NCBI RefSeq assembly: GCF_009914755.1
Contig: NC_060926.1
Length of the DNA stretch: 64,000 bases
Reading direction: 5' to 3' (one strand)
Origin: the human T2T-CHM13v2.0 reference genome, Homo sapiens
Positions 13,641 through 26,310 of this stretch are shown here, piece by piece (the stretch's first letter is position 1; every line of letters starts with the position of its first letter). Under the pieces are notes generated by a model. The model made no database searches. It saw only the letters and a program-made list of their open reading frames with translations, and was not told where the DNA came from. The position numbers and the translations under genes are program-made.

Positions 13641-14619
13641 TTAGATGGTTTGGAGGAAAACACAGATCAAAAATTTGGTCTTTTTCTGGCCCTTTAACTC
13701 CAGTACCTTCTTTACTATCTCTGTTCCATACAGAGATATGATCTCCCTACAATGTTATTTCTGAGTATTCTTATGCTTTTTTTTTTCACAAATGCCATTT
13801 GAAAATGTTGATGAAAATATACTTTACATTTTATGGATATTTTGCCATCGCCAAGAAATTTAAAAAAGAGAATGTGGCAGCAATCCCATGGCAGCAACTA
13901 ACAAGTTGAATCAATCCAACATCCTCTGAACAGGATTTCATCTTTAGTTTTAGGTTCGGTATATTAAAAGCAAGCATCTTAAAATTCCACCTGAGATTAA
14001 CCTTCAGCATCTGATTTTTAAAGTTTTGAGGGTGTGGTTGTCAAAAAAATGAATTACTGAGGTTCTGGGTGATTTCATAGGGATTTTTCATAAAAACCAA
14101 AGAGTCATAAGATCTTCCTAGAGAGGCCAGCCCCCAACCTGCCAGTGTGCTGATCCCCAAAGACAAGCTGTCACTTTGCAAAGGATTCATACTAACTCTT
14201 GCTTAATCAGGCAGATGGCATCCTTGTTCTGCCTCCTAGTCTCTGCTTCCATTTGTCTCCTAGACATCAAATACTGAGTCTATAGTTCAGAATCTTCTTC
14301 TGCCTGTGTTCCCTAGTCAACCTGGAATTCCCTGACACTGACTGACTGACACCTTTACATCCATTGTGCTATAATATTCTAACACTTCGCTGATCTTTGC
14401 TGCACCCTCTGCATCCATGGTATCGCTACACACATCCCTTTTTTCCCCGACTGAGTTACCTATATTTGTTCCTCCTCTGCTCTTTTATAATAAGTATTGG
14501 TAAACTGTTTCTTCCAATAGAAACACAATGTACCAAACTATACAGTAAGTATTTTCCTTGCCCTATTGAAAACCGACAACCCACTCTCAAGTGAGACAAA
14601 CGTACATGTGTCATCAGTG

Positions 14620-15330
14620 TGTGCTGCTCCGCCATAATTGTTCGCCATCTCATCTAGATGCCTCCAGACTGTCAATGAAATCTGAACATGTGGGTCCAAA
14701 ATGGAATCTAATACTCAAGCTGTGGCCTATCCAGTACAACATGTAGCGAGACAATAATATCTCAGGATCTGAATACACCCCTTCTGTTAAAATGCAGCCT
14801 AGGATTACACTAGCTTTGTTCACAGCCACGTAACACCACTGACTCACATGAAGACTGAAGACAACACAACCCCCCACATCTTGTTCACAAAAACTGGTAG
14901 CATGCCAGGTCTTCCATATCTTTACAGGACACTTGGTATTTTTCAAAAACTTAAATTCAGTCCTTCATATTTCTCCCCACTGAATCTTAAACCTTTGGTT
15001 TAGGTCAAGTGTTTCAGCCTGTTAACAACATGTTGAATTTTTAATCTATCATGCACATTTACATATTCCTCCCAACTTTTTGTGATCTGTAGCTCTGATT
15101 AAGCAGTTATCTTGTTGCTTCTTTTAATCATTGATAAAAACGTTAAAGATACTAAGGATAAATCCCTAACACTTTTTCTAAGGACCACTCATGGTTTGAT
15201 GGTGAACCAGTTATCAAAACTTTTTGTGGATGTCTAACTACAGAAAATTCATTTCAACATCTAGGCCATAGGCTCCCTTTTTATTTACAATAATATCATA
15301 AAAGATTTTCCCAACGCTTTTGCAAAAATT
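14620..15330 (-). mobile_element. L3/CR1 LINE reverse-transcriptase remnant
   Basis: ORF 14650..14946(-) contains SQWCYVAVNKASVILGCI, resembling the CR1 ORF2 motif SQQCAVAAKKANGILGCI; DNA atgcagcctaggattacactagcttt..cagccac is typical of L3. Confidence 0.75.
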
Positions 15331-15597
15331 AAATTTTTAAACAAAGTTATTTCTTTAGTAACCCTACCAAAAATAAAAATAAATTCATTTCAACATGGAG
15401 TTTTAATGAACCTATTTTAGTTTCTTCTGAACCCCTAAGTCTTTCAGTTATCTGTTTAATGTTTTGTATGTAAATTTTATTGGGAGGAACTGGGATTTAC
15501 CACTTTTTATTTACAAGAATTGGGATTTACTGATTTTATTTAAAAAAACAGAATTATCTTCCTCTTATTAAAATTGATAAATATTTTCAATTACTGT

Positions 15598-16290
15598 GTT
15601 TTTTAAAAACTTTTAAGTTCAAGTGGTACAAGTGTAGGTTTGTTACACAGGTAAACTTGTGTCATGGGGGTTTGTTGTACAGATTATTTGAAAACCCAGG
15701 TTAAGCCTAGTACCCGTTAGTCATTTTTTTCTGATCCTCTCTTTCCTCCCGCCCAATATGTGTTGTTCCCCTCTATGTGCCTGACTTCAAACCATACTAC
15801 AGGGTGACAGTAACCAAAACAACATGGTACTGGTACAAAAATAGACATAAAGACCAATAAAACAGAATAGAGAACCCAGAAATAAGACCACACACCCACA
15901 ACCATCTGCCCTTTGACAAACCTGACAAAAACAGCAGTGAGAAAATAATTCCTTACTCAATCAATTGTGCTGGGATAACTGGCTAGCTGTATGCAGGAGA
16001 TTGAAACTGGACCCCTTTCTTTCACCATACAAAGAAACTAACTCAAGATGGATTAAAGACTTAAATGTAAAACCCCAAACTATAAAAACTTTAGGAGACG
16101 ACCTAGGCAATAACATTAAGGACACAGGCTGGGGCAAAGATATAATGACAAAGATGCCAAAAGAATTGCAACAAAAGCAAAAATTGACAAATGGGATCTA
16201 ATTAAACTAAAGAGCTTCTGCAAGGCAAAAGAAACTGTCAACAGAGTAAAGAGACAACCTACAGAATAGGAGAAAATTTTTGCAAACTAT
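15598..16290 (-). mobile_element. Older L1P element with 5' inversion and internal deletion
   Basis: 15598-15780 is the antisense L1 3' end; 15781-16290 is sense ORF2 ([41 protein letters not shown]); degenerate TSD ttactgtgttttt/ttattgcatttct. Confidence 0.9.
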
Positions 16291-17749
16291 TATTGCATTT
16301 CTTACCACTTTCACCTCGTCATCATCTGAGCTGGTTGTTTCTAGTGTGTCTGCAACCTCAGTGTTCAGGGATATGAAAACCATTAGCGGAATACATAAAG
16401 CATTAAGTTGGAAACAAGTATCAGCACAGAATCTCTCTTGTTAACATGCATGAACTTCAAGAATTCCACTCTAAGAGAAAATGAATAGATTTAGCATTGC
16501 TAATGTTAAGAGTTCTGTCTGTTTTTCATCCACCAGTTGTCTGTGGATGTTTTACTGTACTCCAGTCAAATCTTAGTTGTTTAAATAATGCTTATTGGGT
16601 TGTGGATTAGCCAGCTCTAATGTCCTGTCCATCTATGTCTATCAGCCATTTCAATACTTGTTAGTACCAATACCATGGAGTACGCAGGGAGCAACATTCT
16701 GGCAAGTAAACTGGATTTTCTTTAGCAGATCTTGTAAATGTCTTTCCAGTTAAATTGTTGAGCCATTGGCCAGAGCCAATTGAGGAATCATCTGTGGTTG
16801 GGCCTGACAGCCAATTCTGAGAGCAGAACACCATGAAAAAGAATTTCCTATGACCACTGCTGGTGTAGAAAAGAAAAAAAACCAAAAAAATAAAAAAACT
16901 GCTTAAATACACTGAAGACATAATTCAAAATTTATTCTTTGTTTTTAATATCTTTGTAATATTTCTGTAAAGATAAAGATCTATAAAATAAAGACCACAG
17001 AAGATGGAGAGAAGTTGAGATAACTGTAAAATCTTATCTGTTGCTGTTAGTCTTAGCAAACACAATACAGGGAGACATGGCATTTTAATAGCTTCACATG
17101 TGTAAATTCTAGATGATCTAGGCAACAGATTCAACACACAATACCAGTTAAAATTAAGGAAAAAGGTCTCATTTCTGTACGCTTGTTGGTGAGTCATTCA
17201 TTGCGTGGGCAGGAGTGATCACCCTTACAGAATTTCTTCTAGAACCATAACCTCAGTTGGTGAGTTCTGAGAGCTCAGACATTTTTCTAGAAACTAAACA
17301 GGGTACAGGACACCAGAACCCTAGGGAATCAATTTACATTTCCAACTTTTCTTCCAGCACCCACACCACCTTCTCCCCAACTTCTTATATAGCAAAGGCT
17401 CTCTGGTGCCTCTTTTCTCTTTTCCCCTTCATCTTGCCTCAGACTTGTGTGTTGGCCTCACTTTCCTAGTGTTGTTTTAAAGTGACTTTGCTTTTTCTCA
17501 TGTAATTGACAGGCTAAACTATCCTTGCGTCTAACAAAACATCCTGGAAAAAACTGCATTTCTTAGATATCTTATTCTTATCAGAATGACTTGAGCTTTC
17601 TGCCAAAACTACATTTAACTTGAATAATGAATTATAAAATATGTTAAATTGACAAATGACACTAATTCAATAAATATATTACAAAAAAGCAAAGAAAGCC
17701 TCTACTGTATTCTTGAGTCAGTATCTCATGAAACTAATACCAACTCCAG

Positions 17750-17900
17750 TATTTTACAATTTACAAAGCACTTTCATACCTGTATTCTTACTTATCAGCA
17801 TTACTAATACTGTATTACTATTATCATTTCCATTTTACAAATAAGGAAATTGAAGGTTTATTGAAGTAACTGGAGACACTGAGAAAGTAAACCCCAAAGC
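17750..17900 (-). mobile_element. MIR fragment
   Basis: tttacaaagcactttca, cattttacaaataaggaaattgaagg. Confidence 0.65.
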
Positions 17901-18439
17901 TCATGAAGCCAAGGTCAGTGCATTTTATTTAGCATGACTTAGTACACTAGTTGCTATTTGAAGGTACCCCTAGACATTCATTTCTATAAAGACCACCTAC
18001 ATTTCATTTTCTGACTCGGGGTACCTAAGAGGCTGTCTCTCTTACTTTCAGAAAGGTTTTGCTACATGGGGACAAAAACTAGAAGGGATCTTTTCTAGCA
18101 AAATAATGCCTAAGGTTCAAGGATTTCTTAGTATGATATTGGTGGTCCCTGGCCCAGCCCCTGGAATGATCCCTGTGTGCATTCATTTCAGGTGTTCACA
18201 GGAAAGTCTAGATTTAGTACAGGCTCACATTTTCCTTTCAGTGTAGGGGTTAAGATTTTGATAAAGTAGAAGCAAATTGCTCAAGTTAAATCCCTTCATT
18301 GTTGCCTTTCAAATATACATTACAGCTTCAGAAATAGGGTGGACTTTAGGTAAGAAGGGGGAGAAAATGGTGTTAGGCAGAGGCCAGGGGCAGTCCTGTT
18401 GACTCTCATGGATCTGACAGGGAAAATCAGTAGTTTCTC

Positions 18440-18645
18440 ATTGTGAACATAGGCTTTGATGTCTAGCAAAGCTTGACTACAATGTTACCAAGGCTCAGGG
18501 ACCTCACTCTTAAAACACAGAAGATGTTAGTGTCTTCTACCTCTTAGGGTTTTTGTGAGGACCGAATAGGCTAATGAAGGTAAAGCACAATACATAGTCA
18601 ACTTGCACATAGTGAATGCTCAATAAATCCTAGCTCTTGCTATTA
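18440..18645 (+). mobile_element. MIR fragment
   Basis: ctacctcttagggtttttgtgagga, gtaaagcac, gcacatagtgaatgctcaataaat. Confidence 0.7.
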
Positions 18646-21171
18646 TGAGATTTTATCTGATTTTGGAGATAGAACAGAGACACATATGTTTAAAGAGGAA
18701 ACAAGAGAGAACAAAGGTTTAAACTGTCTTTGAGATGGGATGTGCAAAATTGTCTCCCAGCAGAAAGAGTTGATCATATCCTCTGGAAACCCGATCTCTG
18801 GCAGGCAGATTCTGAGGCTGTGACATCACTGATTCTTGTTGCTGTGGCAGCAGCCCTGCAGCCAGACAATACGGTTTTACAACAGAACCAGGTCCCCAGT
18901 TGGTCTCCTGGGCCAGGCACTGAGACAAAAAACCAGGACTATATTCGTACATGGAACTGGGATGTAACATCCTACCCATGACTTAATTTATAAGCATTGT
19001 TTATTCTCTTTGGAGCAAATGAAATGCTTTTCCAAGGGACAGCTGCAAAGGCCAAGGATTTGAAAAGAAGAAAATTATGATAAACCCCTCTTAATGCAGG
19101 AAAGATTAGATAGCTTGCTACCAGAAATCAAGAAATATTTATAATAATCACATTCAACCCTAGACTTTCCTCTAAGAATCTAAACAGAAAACTTTAATCC
19201 TCCAGAATGTAAACTGATGCCATGGCTATATATGGTCACAGAAATCCTAAGGGGAAGAAAAAGAAAAGAAGAGGGGGAGAAAAAATAAACACCCAGTTGC
19301 TGTGTCTCTTAAATTGGTGTATGTGTGTTCTACCACAGAGATCTGTTAACCTTGGCAAAATTTACAAGTAAGAAGCATTAATCAACTTTACACAAGTACA
19401 CGTGACACTTTCCTTTTTAAGTGGAAGCCACAAACTCCTCTCCCTTTGGGAAATCTCACTGTCATGCTGAGGATTTTTCTTCATAGATAATACTACCATG
19501 GCAAACATCAAAAACAACTGGATTCCATATTCTGTGGGCTTGACCGCCCCATGAAGGCAAGCAATATTAACTTTTCTTGTGGTTGACTTCTTTTCTTTTT
19601 TTCTCCTTTCTCTACTTCTTTTGGCCTTTAGGCTAGAAAGACTGTTTCTTGAAAGTATTCAACTATTCTTGGAAATTGCAACATTTTCCTGCATTCTTTC
19701 TATGTTGAAGACACTTCCAGACTAAGTTTGGGTTCTAGGGAATCTTGCAGAAGATACTTCCTCCCCTGTAGTTAATAAGCCATCGCTTATACCACGGTAT
19801 TTTGTTGTTTGACTCACGTCTCCAGTGTAACAGTGGAAAGTCATTATCTCTGGCTTTGGTGTTAACATAGGGAGGGATAGCAAATTGCCTCACTCTACTA
19901 GTGAATGAATAGAAGAGAAATCCTTGATGGTTTATCAAGAGAGGTATTATGGGAACACAAAGGAAAAAAATAAATTCTTACAAAATACCAACAGCAGCCT
20001 TGCAATCCCCGTCAAAATGTACCCAACCAACTTAAGGGGGAAAAAAAAATTCAAACTATGTCCTAGCCATAAATTGAAGAAAGAAGTCCAGAAATGTTAA
20101 AAATGTTTATAATCATCAAAATTAGTATTTTTTGCCTTGAAGGATGTCTCTTTAAAAGGCTATTCTTACCAGGTTTTGTGTTGTAATATTAAAAGTGGCT
20201 TACAAAAGAGTGAATGTCAATTGCAAAATTAAATTTATCTCTGGGTATGTGATTCTATCTCTTTACTAATATACAAAGCTGTCTTGAATGATTTACACCT
20301 ACTTTCCACCCACAGGTCCTCTGCCAGGGTCAATCTCAGCAGAAACATGACTCTTCAAAAATAGATCATCACAGTTGTGATTAAATCTCCCATGTTCAAA
20401 ATTTACAGCCTATAATTCAATGCCGATATGAATAATGACTTAAATAAAAAGTTACAGTCACCCTCTTTCCCCTTCCCCCTAAAATGACCCCAAGACTAAT
20501 TTACAGTTGTGGGAGGTGGGGACTAAGAGCTCTTGAGTATCTATTTTAAGCTAGGCATTTTTCAAGTTTTTTTACTTACATAACCCTATTTAGCCTGCCG
20601 AACAATCCAGTGGAATAGTACTAATTTATCTAATTTACACATAAGGAAATGAAGGCTGAGAGAACTTGAGTAACTTAGCCAAATAGTACAGTTGGATCCG
20701 AGGCTCAGAATTCCCACTTTTTCCTTCCTACAAACAAACAGTAGATAAACAAAATATTCATGTAAGGCTTAATGGCAGGTGGCATGAGAGTACTGAATTT
20801 CATTGTATGTATCTGCACCCTCCATTCCCCCATCTTTTGCCATTTGTGCTCCATATTCCCTGACAGTGCACCAAAAACAATAGGTTTAGGTATTCTCTTT
20901 CAGATATCTTCCAAACAAGTGTGCATAAAATGGACTAGAAGGCAACTTGATAGAGCAAATAAATTCACGTGCTCTTCTCAAGAAATCTGAGAAGAGGTAT
21001 CAGATACACTCCTTGCCTGACCCAGTGTGAAACACAGGACGCAGTGAGGTAAAGTTTGGACTTTTCCATCCTCAGAGCACACACAAATCCACTGAGGATT
21101 AAAACCACACAACCAGGAAAAAATGTTAAGTTACAGAAAGAGCTCTTTAAAGCCAAAAGTCATACAGCTCA

Positions 21172-21432
<261 letters not shown>

Positions 21433-21688
21433 TTATATATGGAAAGGACTTAAGGCTATTCAGGTGTGTGTGTATATATATATGTATGTATTTGGAATTA
21501 TAAACTGTACATTTTGCATAGGGGTGACTTGATTACAGCAAGGGAAATTAACCTGCCCCTGAATAGGCCTGTAAAGGAAAGAACTAGGTAAAGAAACCAT
21601 TTAGTAAGTTATTACCCAAATCCAGCTTTGTTGGTGATAAAGTGAACCAAGGTGATGGTGGCAGACAGAATAAGAACAATAACTTTCC

Positions 21689-21780
21689 CAGCCTGGCCTG
21701 ACACACATTCAGGCCTGATACACACACAGGCTGTATCAGCCTGGCCTGATACAGCCTCTAAAAGATTATTCTAGAGGCTG
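21689..21780. repeat. Nested direct and inverted repeats
   Basis: 12-bp perfect stem aggctgtatcag/ctgatacagcct; 9-bp stem cagcctcta/tagaggctg; cagcctggcctga present twice. Confidence 0.9.
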
Positions 21781-22726
21781 ATCCCACATGGTGATAATAA
21801 ACCATTTCAACTGCTTTGTGAATGACCAAAGATGACATATGTTTAAGGACTTTTTTTAAGAATTGAGACACTGAAAATACAGACTAGCCATTTTTAAAAG
21901 TACTCGTCAATATCCACTAAAAAGGAGCCCCTTATATTTTCATCTTCCTTATTTACCAAAGCTAGCTTCATCAGTATAAACTAGAAAGGTAATTCCAGAG
22001 TAATAAATCTTCCATGGAGAGCTCTCTACCTCTGGCTGCTTGATAATGAATTTAATCAGTCGGGAGAACAGCCCTGTCATTATGGATTAATCACCAAAGA
22101 CTGTTTTGGTAAGTTGATGCTGTGTTTGCAGCTGATGGTGGTCACAAGACACACTTGATATTTTTAAGAAATTTAGAGATTGAAGGAATGCTCAGTTAAT
22201 TAACAACCACAAAACACAACAAACAAAAAATAGAAACCCTAAGAACAGCATAAACACAGATATTAGTACCTTTGGCTTTGATGAATTCAAGACAGAATTG
22301 ACTCAAAATATTGGTAATATTTATCTTCCTGTTGGTTTGTTTGGTTTATTTTCCAATCCAATTAGGGAATTTTAAGCCAGTGGATTCTGGAGCAGGGTGA
22401 ATTTTCCTAACAAACTTACTTACAATATATCCAATTAGTAAAGTGCAGCTCATTTTAAAAAATAAGCATTTTAATTGGATAGTTTTATTAGAAGAATTTT
22501 ATGTTTCCTTTTCAACATGGTATCAAATACCATAAAGTCCTCATTAAACTTTCATGTATATGACTCCAGGATCATTACCACAGATAGAATTAAGTAAAGT
22601 TGGCTAAGAGTGGTCTAGTCAATTATTCTCCTAAAAGATATTAAGGATTTCAGATGAGTTAAGACCCACTCCCAAAGAAACTGAAACAAGTTAATCACTT
22701 GACAACTATATCAAGTTATATGCTCA

Positions 22727-23032
22727 GGCTGGGAGTGGTGGCTCACACCTGTAATCCCAGCACTTTGGAAGGTCAAGGCAGGCAGATTGCTTGAGCTCGA
22801 AAGTTGAAGACCAGCCCAGGCAACACAGGGAAACCCTGCCTCTATAAAAATACAAAAATTAGCTGGGCGCAGTGGTGCACACCTGTAGTTTCAGCTACTC
22901 AGAGGCTGACATGGGAGAGTCGCTTGAGCTTAGGAGGCAGAGGCTACAGTGAGCTGAGACAGCACCACTACACTCCAGCTTGGGTGACAGAGCAAGACCC
23001 TGTCTCAAAATAAATAAATAAATAAATAAAAA
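22727..23032 (+). mobile_element. AluJb-like SINE
   Basis: Full dimeric Alu with (TAAA)n tail. Confidence 0.95.
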
Positions 23033-23572
23033 GTTGTAATTTGTAGGTTGACTTTTTCAACAGTATATTTAGAATGCTGAATGAAGAGGTAGACTCTCAA
23101 ACCTAAAATTTTCTTCTAGAATATATTTTTTTCCAACATCTTTGTCATTCCTCTTAAGTTTCACTGATTGCAATATAAGTTTGTGACTTAACTGTTAACC
23201 TATCAGTCTAGTATTTGTGGCCAACCTTAAGCATCTAACAATGTACAATTTACATTGTACCTCAACGGTTTCTGTCTCAGATAAGCTAACCTAAGCCAAT
23301 TTTGCTTGTCAATATTTTGGTAAATAATCATGGTCACCTGGGATTAGAGATAGACAGTAGCTATGGTTTGTTCGCCTACAATTTCACTATCAAACGTTCT
23401 GTTCTATAAAAGCAAGTCTCAGACTAAATTCTGCTGAACCTTCCACATTTGTTTACAAACAGGCACAAAATAGACATTGTAAATCTGAGGAGGTCTCACT
23501 CTCTGTTGTCAGTCACTCTGACATTTACCTCATAAGCAATGTTCATGCATTTCAGTCAAGTTCAAAAGTGGC

Positions 23573-23622
23573 GAAAGGAAAAGAAAGGAAAAGGGAAAGG
23601 GAAAAGGAAAAGGAAAGGAAAG
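23573..23622 (+). repeat. Purine-only (GGAAA)n-like tract
   Basis: Direct reading. Confidence 0.9.
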
Positions 23623-23913
23623 TTCACGCTGTGGCAGATGCAACCAACAAACAACAGGACCAGGCAACCATGGAGTCACTTAGCCAGTGGAGGCCCCAGT
23701 GAAATGGGAGACAAGGACCGATGATGCTTTGACTCTGTGTACTAACTGCCTCAAAAGTATTGAGCAGCTGGGCTAGCAGATTCTATATGTCCTTAATGCA
23801 GGAGGAGTAGGGCTTATAAAATCTCTCCTGTCAACTAAATAATCTGAATACTTGTAATTTCCAAAATGGAAACTTATTCCATATGTCTATTATAATTACC
23901 ATGCCCTCTATTA

Positions 23914-24506
23914 TGCAATAGGTAGAATTCTAAGATGACCCCCATGAACCATGACCAGGTATATAATTCTCTTCTCTTGAGTGGGAACAATACATACAAC
24001 TTGCTTCTTATGAATAGAATATGGCAAAGGTGAGGGGATGTCACTCCTAAGACTGGGCTATTTTGTATGGCAAAAGTGAAGAAAGTGTGCATATGTAATT
24101 AAGGTCCTTAATTATTTGACTTTAAGTTACTCAAGGAAGAGTTTATCCCGAGTGAGCCTAGCCTAATCAGGTAACCCATTAAGAAGAGGGTCCAGGGCTT
24201 CACTGAAAGAAGAAACTCAAAGACATTCTCCAGTTGGCTTTGAATAAGCAAGCCACCATGAAGTCTATGGATTCGAGAAAGTGAATTTTGCCAAAAACCA
24301 CATGAGTTTTGAAGAGGACCCCAAGCATCACATAAGACCCCAGCCTTGGCCAATACCTTGAGTGCAGGCTTGTGAGACCCTGAGCAGGGAGCCCAGTTAA
24401 ACACTGCATGGTCTTCTAATCCATGGAAACTGAGATAACAAACGTATGTTGTTTTAAGCCACTATATTTCTGGTAATTTGCCATGCACCAACAAAAAGCT
24501 AATATA
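23914..24506 (+). mobile_element. MLT1 (MLT1E-like) ERVL-MaLR solo LTR
   Basis: ggtagaattctaagatgacccc start; atgtaattaaggtc; gtgagaccctgagcag; tgttgttttaagccact...ggtaatttg...gctaata end. Confidence 0.85.
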
Positions 24507-25017
24507 AAAATATTTGAAGTGCTTGAAGTCTCACTTCTGAATTGTGTGCTTCAGATGCCAACTCACAGCCCTAGAGCAGAGCTCAAAGTGAATCTACACA
24601 CACATGCACCACCTGTTTTTTTCTCAAGTAATTTAAAATAGATTTCCACCATAGATAATAAAAAACTCTGGTCCACATACCTGGTCTTAGTCTCTAGATA
24701 CGACATCACCGAGTATGAGTGGGAGCTGGAAGCACTGCAGATATTGTTTAGTCTTCTCCTGCCTCTCCAATCAGGTCTACTTCTACTACCTTCTCCCTGT
24801 TATAGATGACAAAGTAGAGCCCTACAAAGTTTCTGTGGCTTCCTCAAGGCCATTCAGTTGCAGAATAAGACTGAAATCTTGTGTCCTATGGTCATCAATT
24901 CAAAATGTTTTTATTTCACCCTGTTGTAATGAAGTCTTCTTATTGTCTTATAATTTCTACCACAAACTCCAACTTCATTTCACAGGTTTTAAAGAAAATT
25001 ATCCTGTACTCTTTGTC

Positions 25018-25560
25018 ATCCATTCATTCATTCATCAAATATGTATTAATAACCTGCTGTATGCAATGCGTTGTTCTAGGAGCTGGTGATAAATCAGTGA
25101 ACAGAACAGATAAAAATCTATGCCTTTATAGAGTTTAAATTCTGGTGAAAGGGAAATAAGAAATAAGAAAAACCACTGAAATGCCTAGTATATTTCATAT
25201 TGATAAGTGCTCAGGGGGAAACAGTATATGGAAGGACATGGGAGCTGCAATTTCCTGGATTTCAGGAAGATCTCTTGCAGAAAAGTGCCATCTGAGTAAC
25301 AGCCTGAAGACAAGAAGGGAGTGAGTTAAGCAGGTATGTGGAAGAAAATTGTTCCAGGCAGAAGGATGAAGAAATGCAAAGGTTATGTGTGAGTAGAAAC
25401 CTTGGAGTACAAGACCTAGAAAAACTGAAGGAAGCCCAGATGGCTGAAGTAGAGTATGTGATGGGGAGAATGGGTCTGACAGGTAACAGGAGGCCAGGCT
25501 TTGTGGAGTTTTTACTCTCAGTGAAGTGCGAAGCTAGTGGAGAGTTTTGAGCAGAGGAGT
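25018..25560 (-). mobile_element. L2 fragment
   Basis: cattcattcattcatcaaatatgtatt tail, ttctaggagctgg, tgttccaggcagaagg, ttttgagcagaggagt. Confidence 0.75.
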
Positions 25561-25829
25561 GTCTGGGAAAATCAGCATTATTTCTTGGGAGTTTTAAACT
25601 AGAACCAAGTCAGAGTGTTCATATAGCTGATAACAGTTTGTACCTTTCCTGTGGAAGAGAAAGCTGCCCGTCATCTGCAGAGAAAGAGGAATGAGTCAGA
25701 CACATGGAGAGAAGTAGAGGTCAGAAGCCAGAAAGAATTCAGCCAGGTATCACACACATGCTCCTGTTCCTGTTAAATTCCTATTTTGGCCCAGCGAACT
25801 CACTTCTCTCTTTAAAATGGCCTTGCCCC

Positions 25830-26130
25830 TCATTTTGCTGAGGTTGAGCTCAATGCCACCTCCTAGAGAGGTCTTCTTTGACCATATTCTAAAGTAGCAG
25901 TATCAAACACTCTATCTCCTTCTCCTGCCTAAGTTGTATTCATGCTAGGCATTTATCACCACTTTACAATGCACTATTTATTTGTTCACTGTTTTGTTCC
26001 CAGACTGGAATGTTCACCCCATGAGGGCAGGCTCTTTGTCCATCTTTGTCACTGTTTTACCGCCAGTTTCCAGAATAGCATCTGGCTCATAATAGATGCC
26101 ATTTTAATAATTTTTTAGTGAATAAATGCA
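25830..26130 (+). mobile_element. L2 3' fragment
   Basis: ctcaatgccacctcctagagagg, agactggaatgttcaccccatgagggcagg, ends in gtgaataaatg. Confidence 0.75.
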
Positions 26131-26149
26131 AATACCTAAAATCCCCATG

Positions 26150-26310
26150 GTTATTTACTCCACTTGGAAAGCTTGTTAAAACATGAATTACTGGACCCTC
26201 TCTTGAGAATTTCTGATTCCGTTTTGAGGTGGTGCTTAATCATTTGAATCTCTAAGCTTCCAGGTCATGTCCTTGCTACTGATCCATGGACCACACTTTG
26301 AAAACTACTG
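26150..26310. mobile_element. MER5-family (hAT-Charlie) fragment
   Basis: gcttgttaaaacatgaattactgg, tttctgattc, ggaccacactttgaaaactactg. Confidence 0.7.

Noticed and set aside
15965-16201. ORF with reverse-transcriptase-like similarity
   Set aside because: Fragment of L1 ORF2 in a truncated, frameshifted element; not a gene.
22804-23013. Alu-derived ORFs (also 34709-34909, 30909-31097, 62599-62953)
   Set aside because: Standard Alu translation artefacts.
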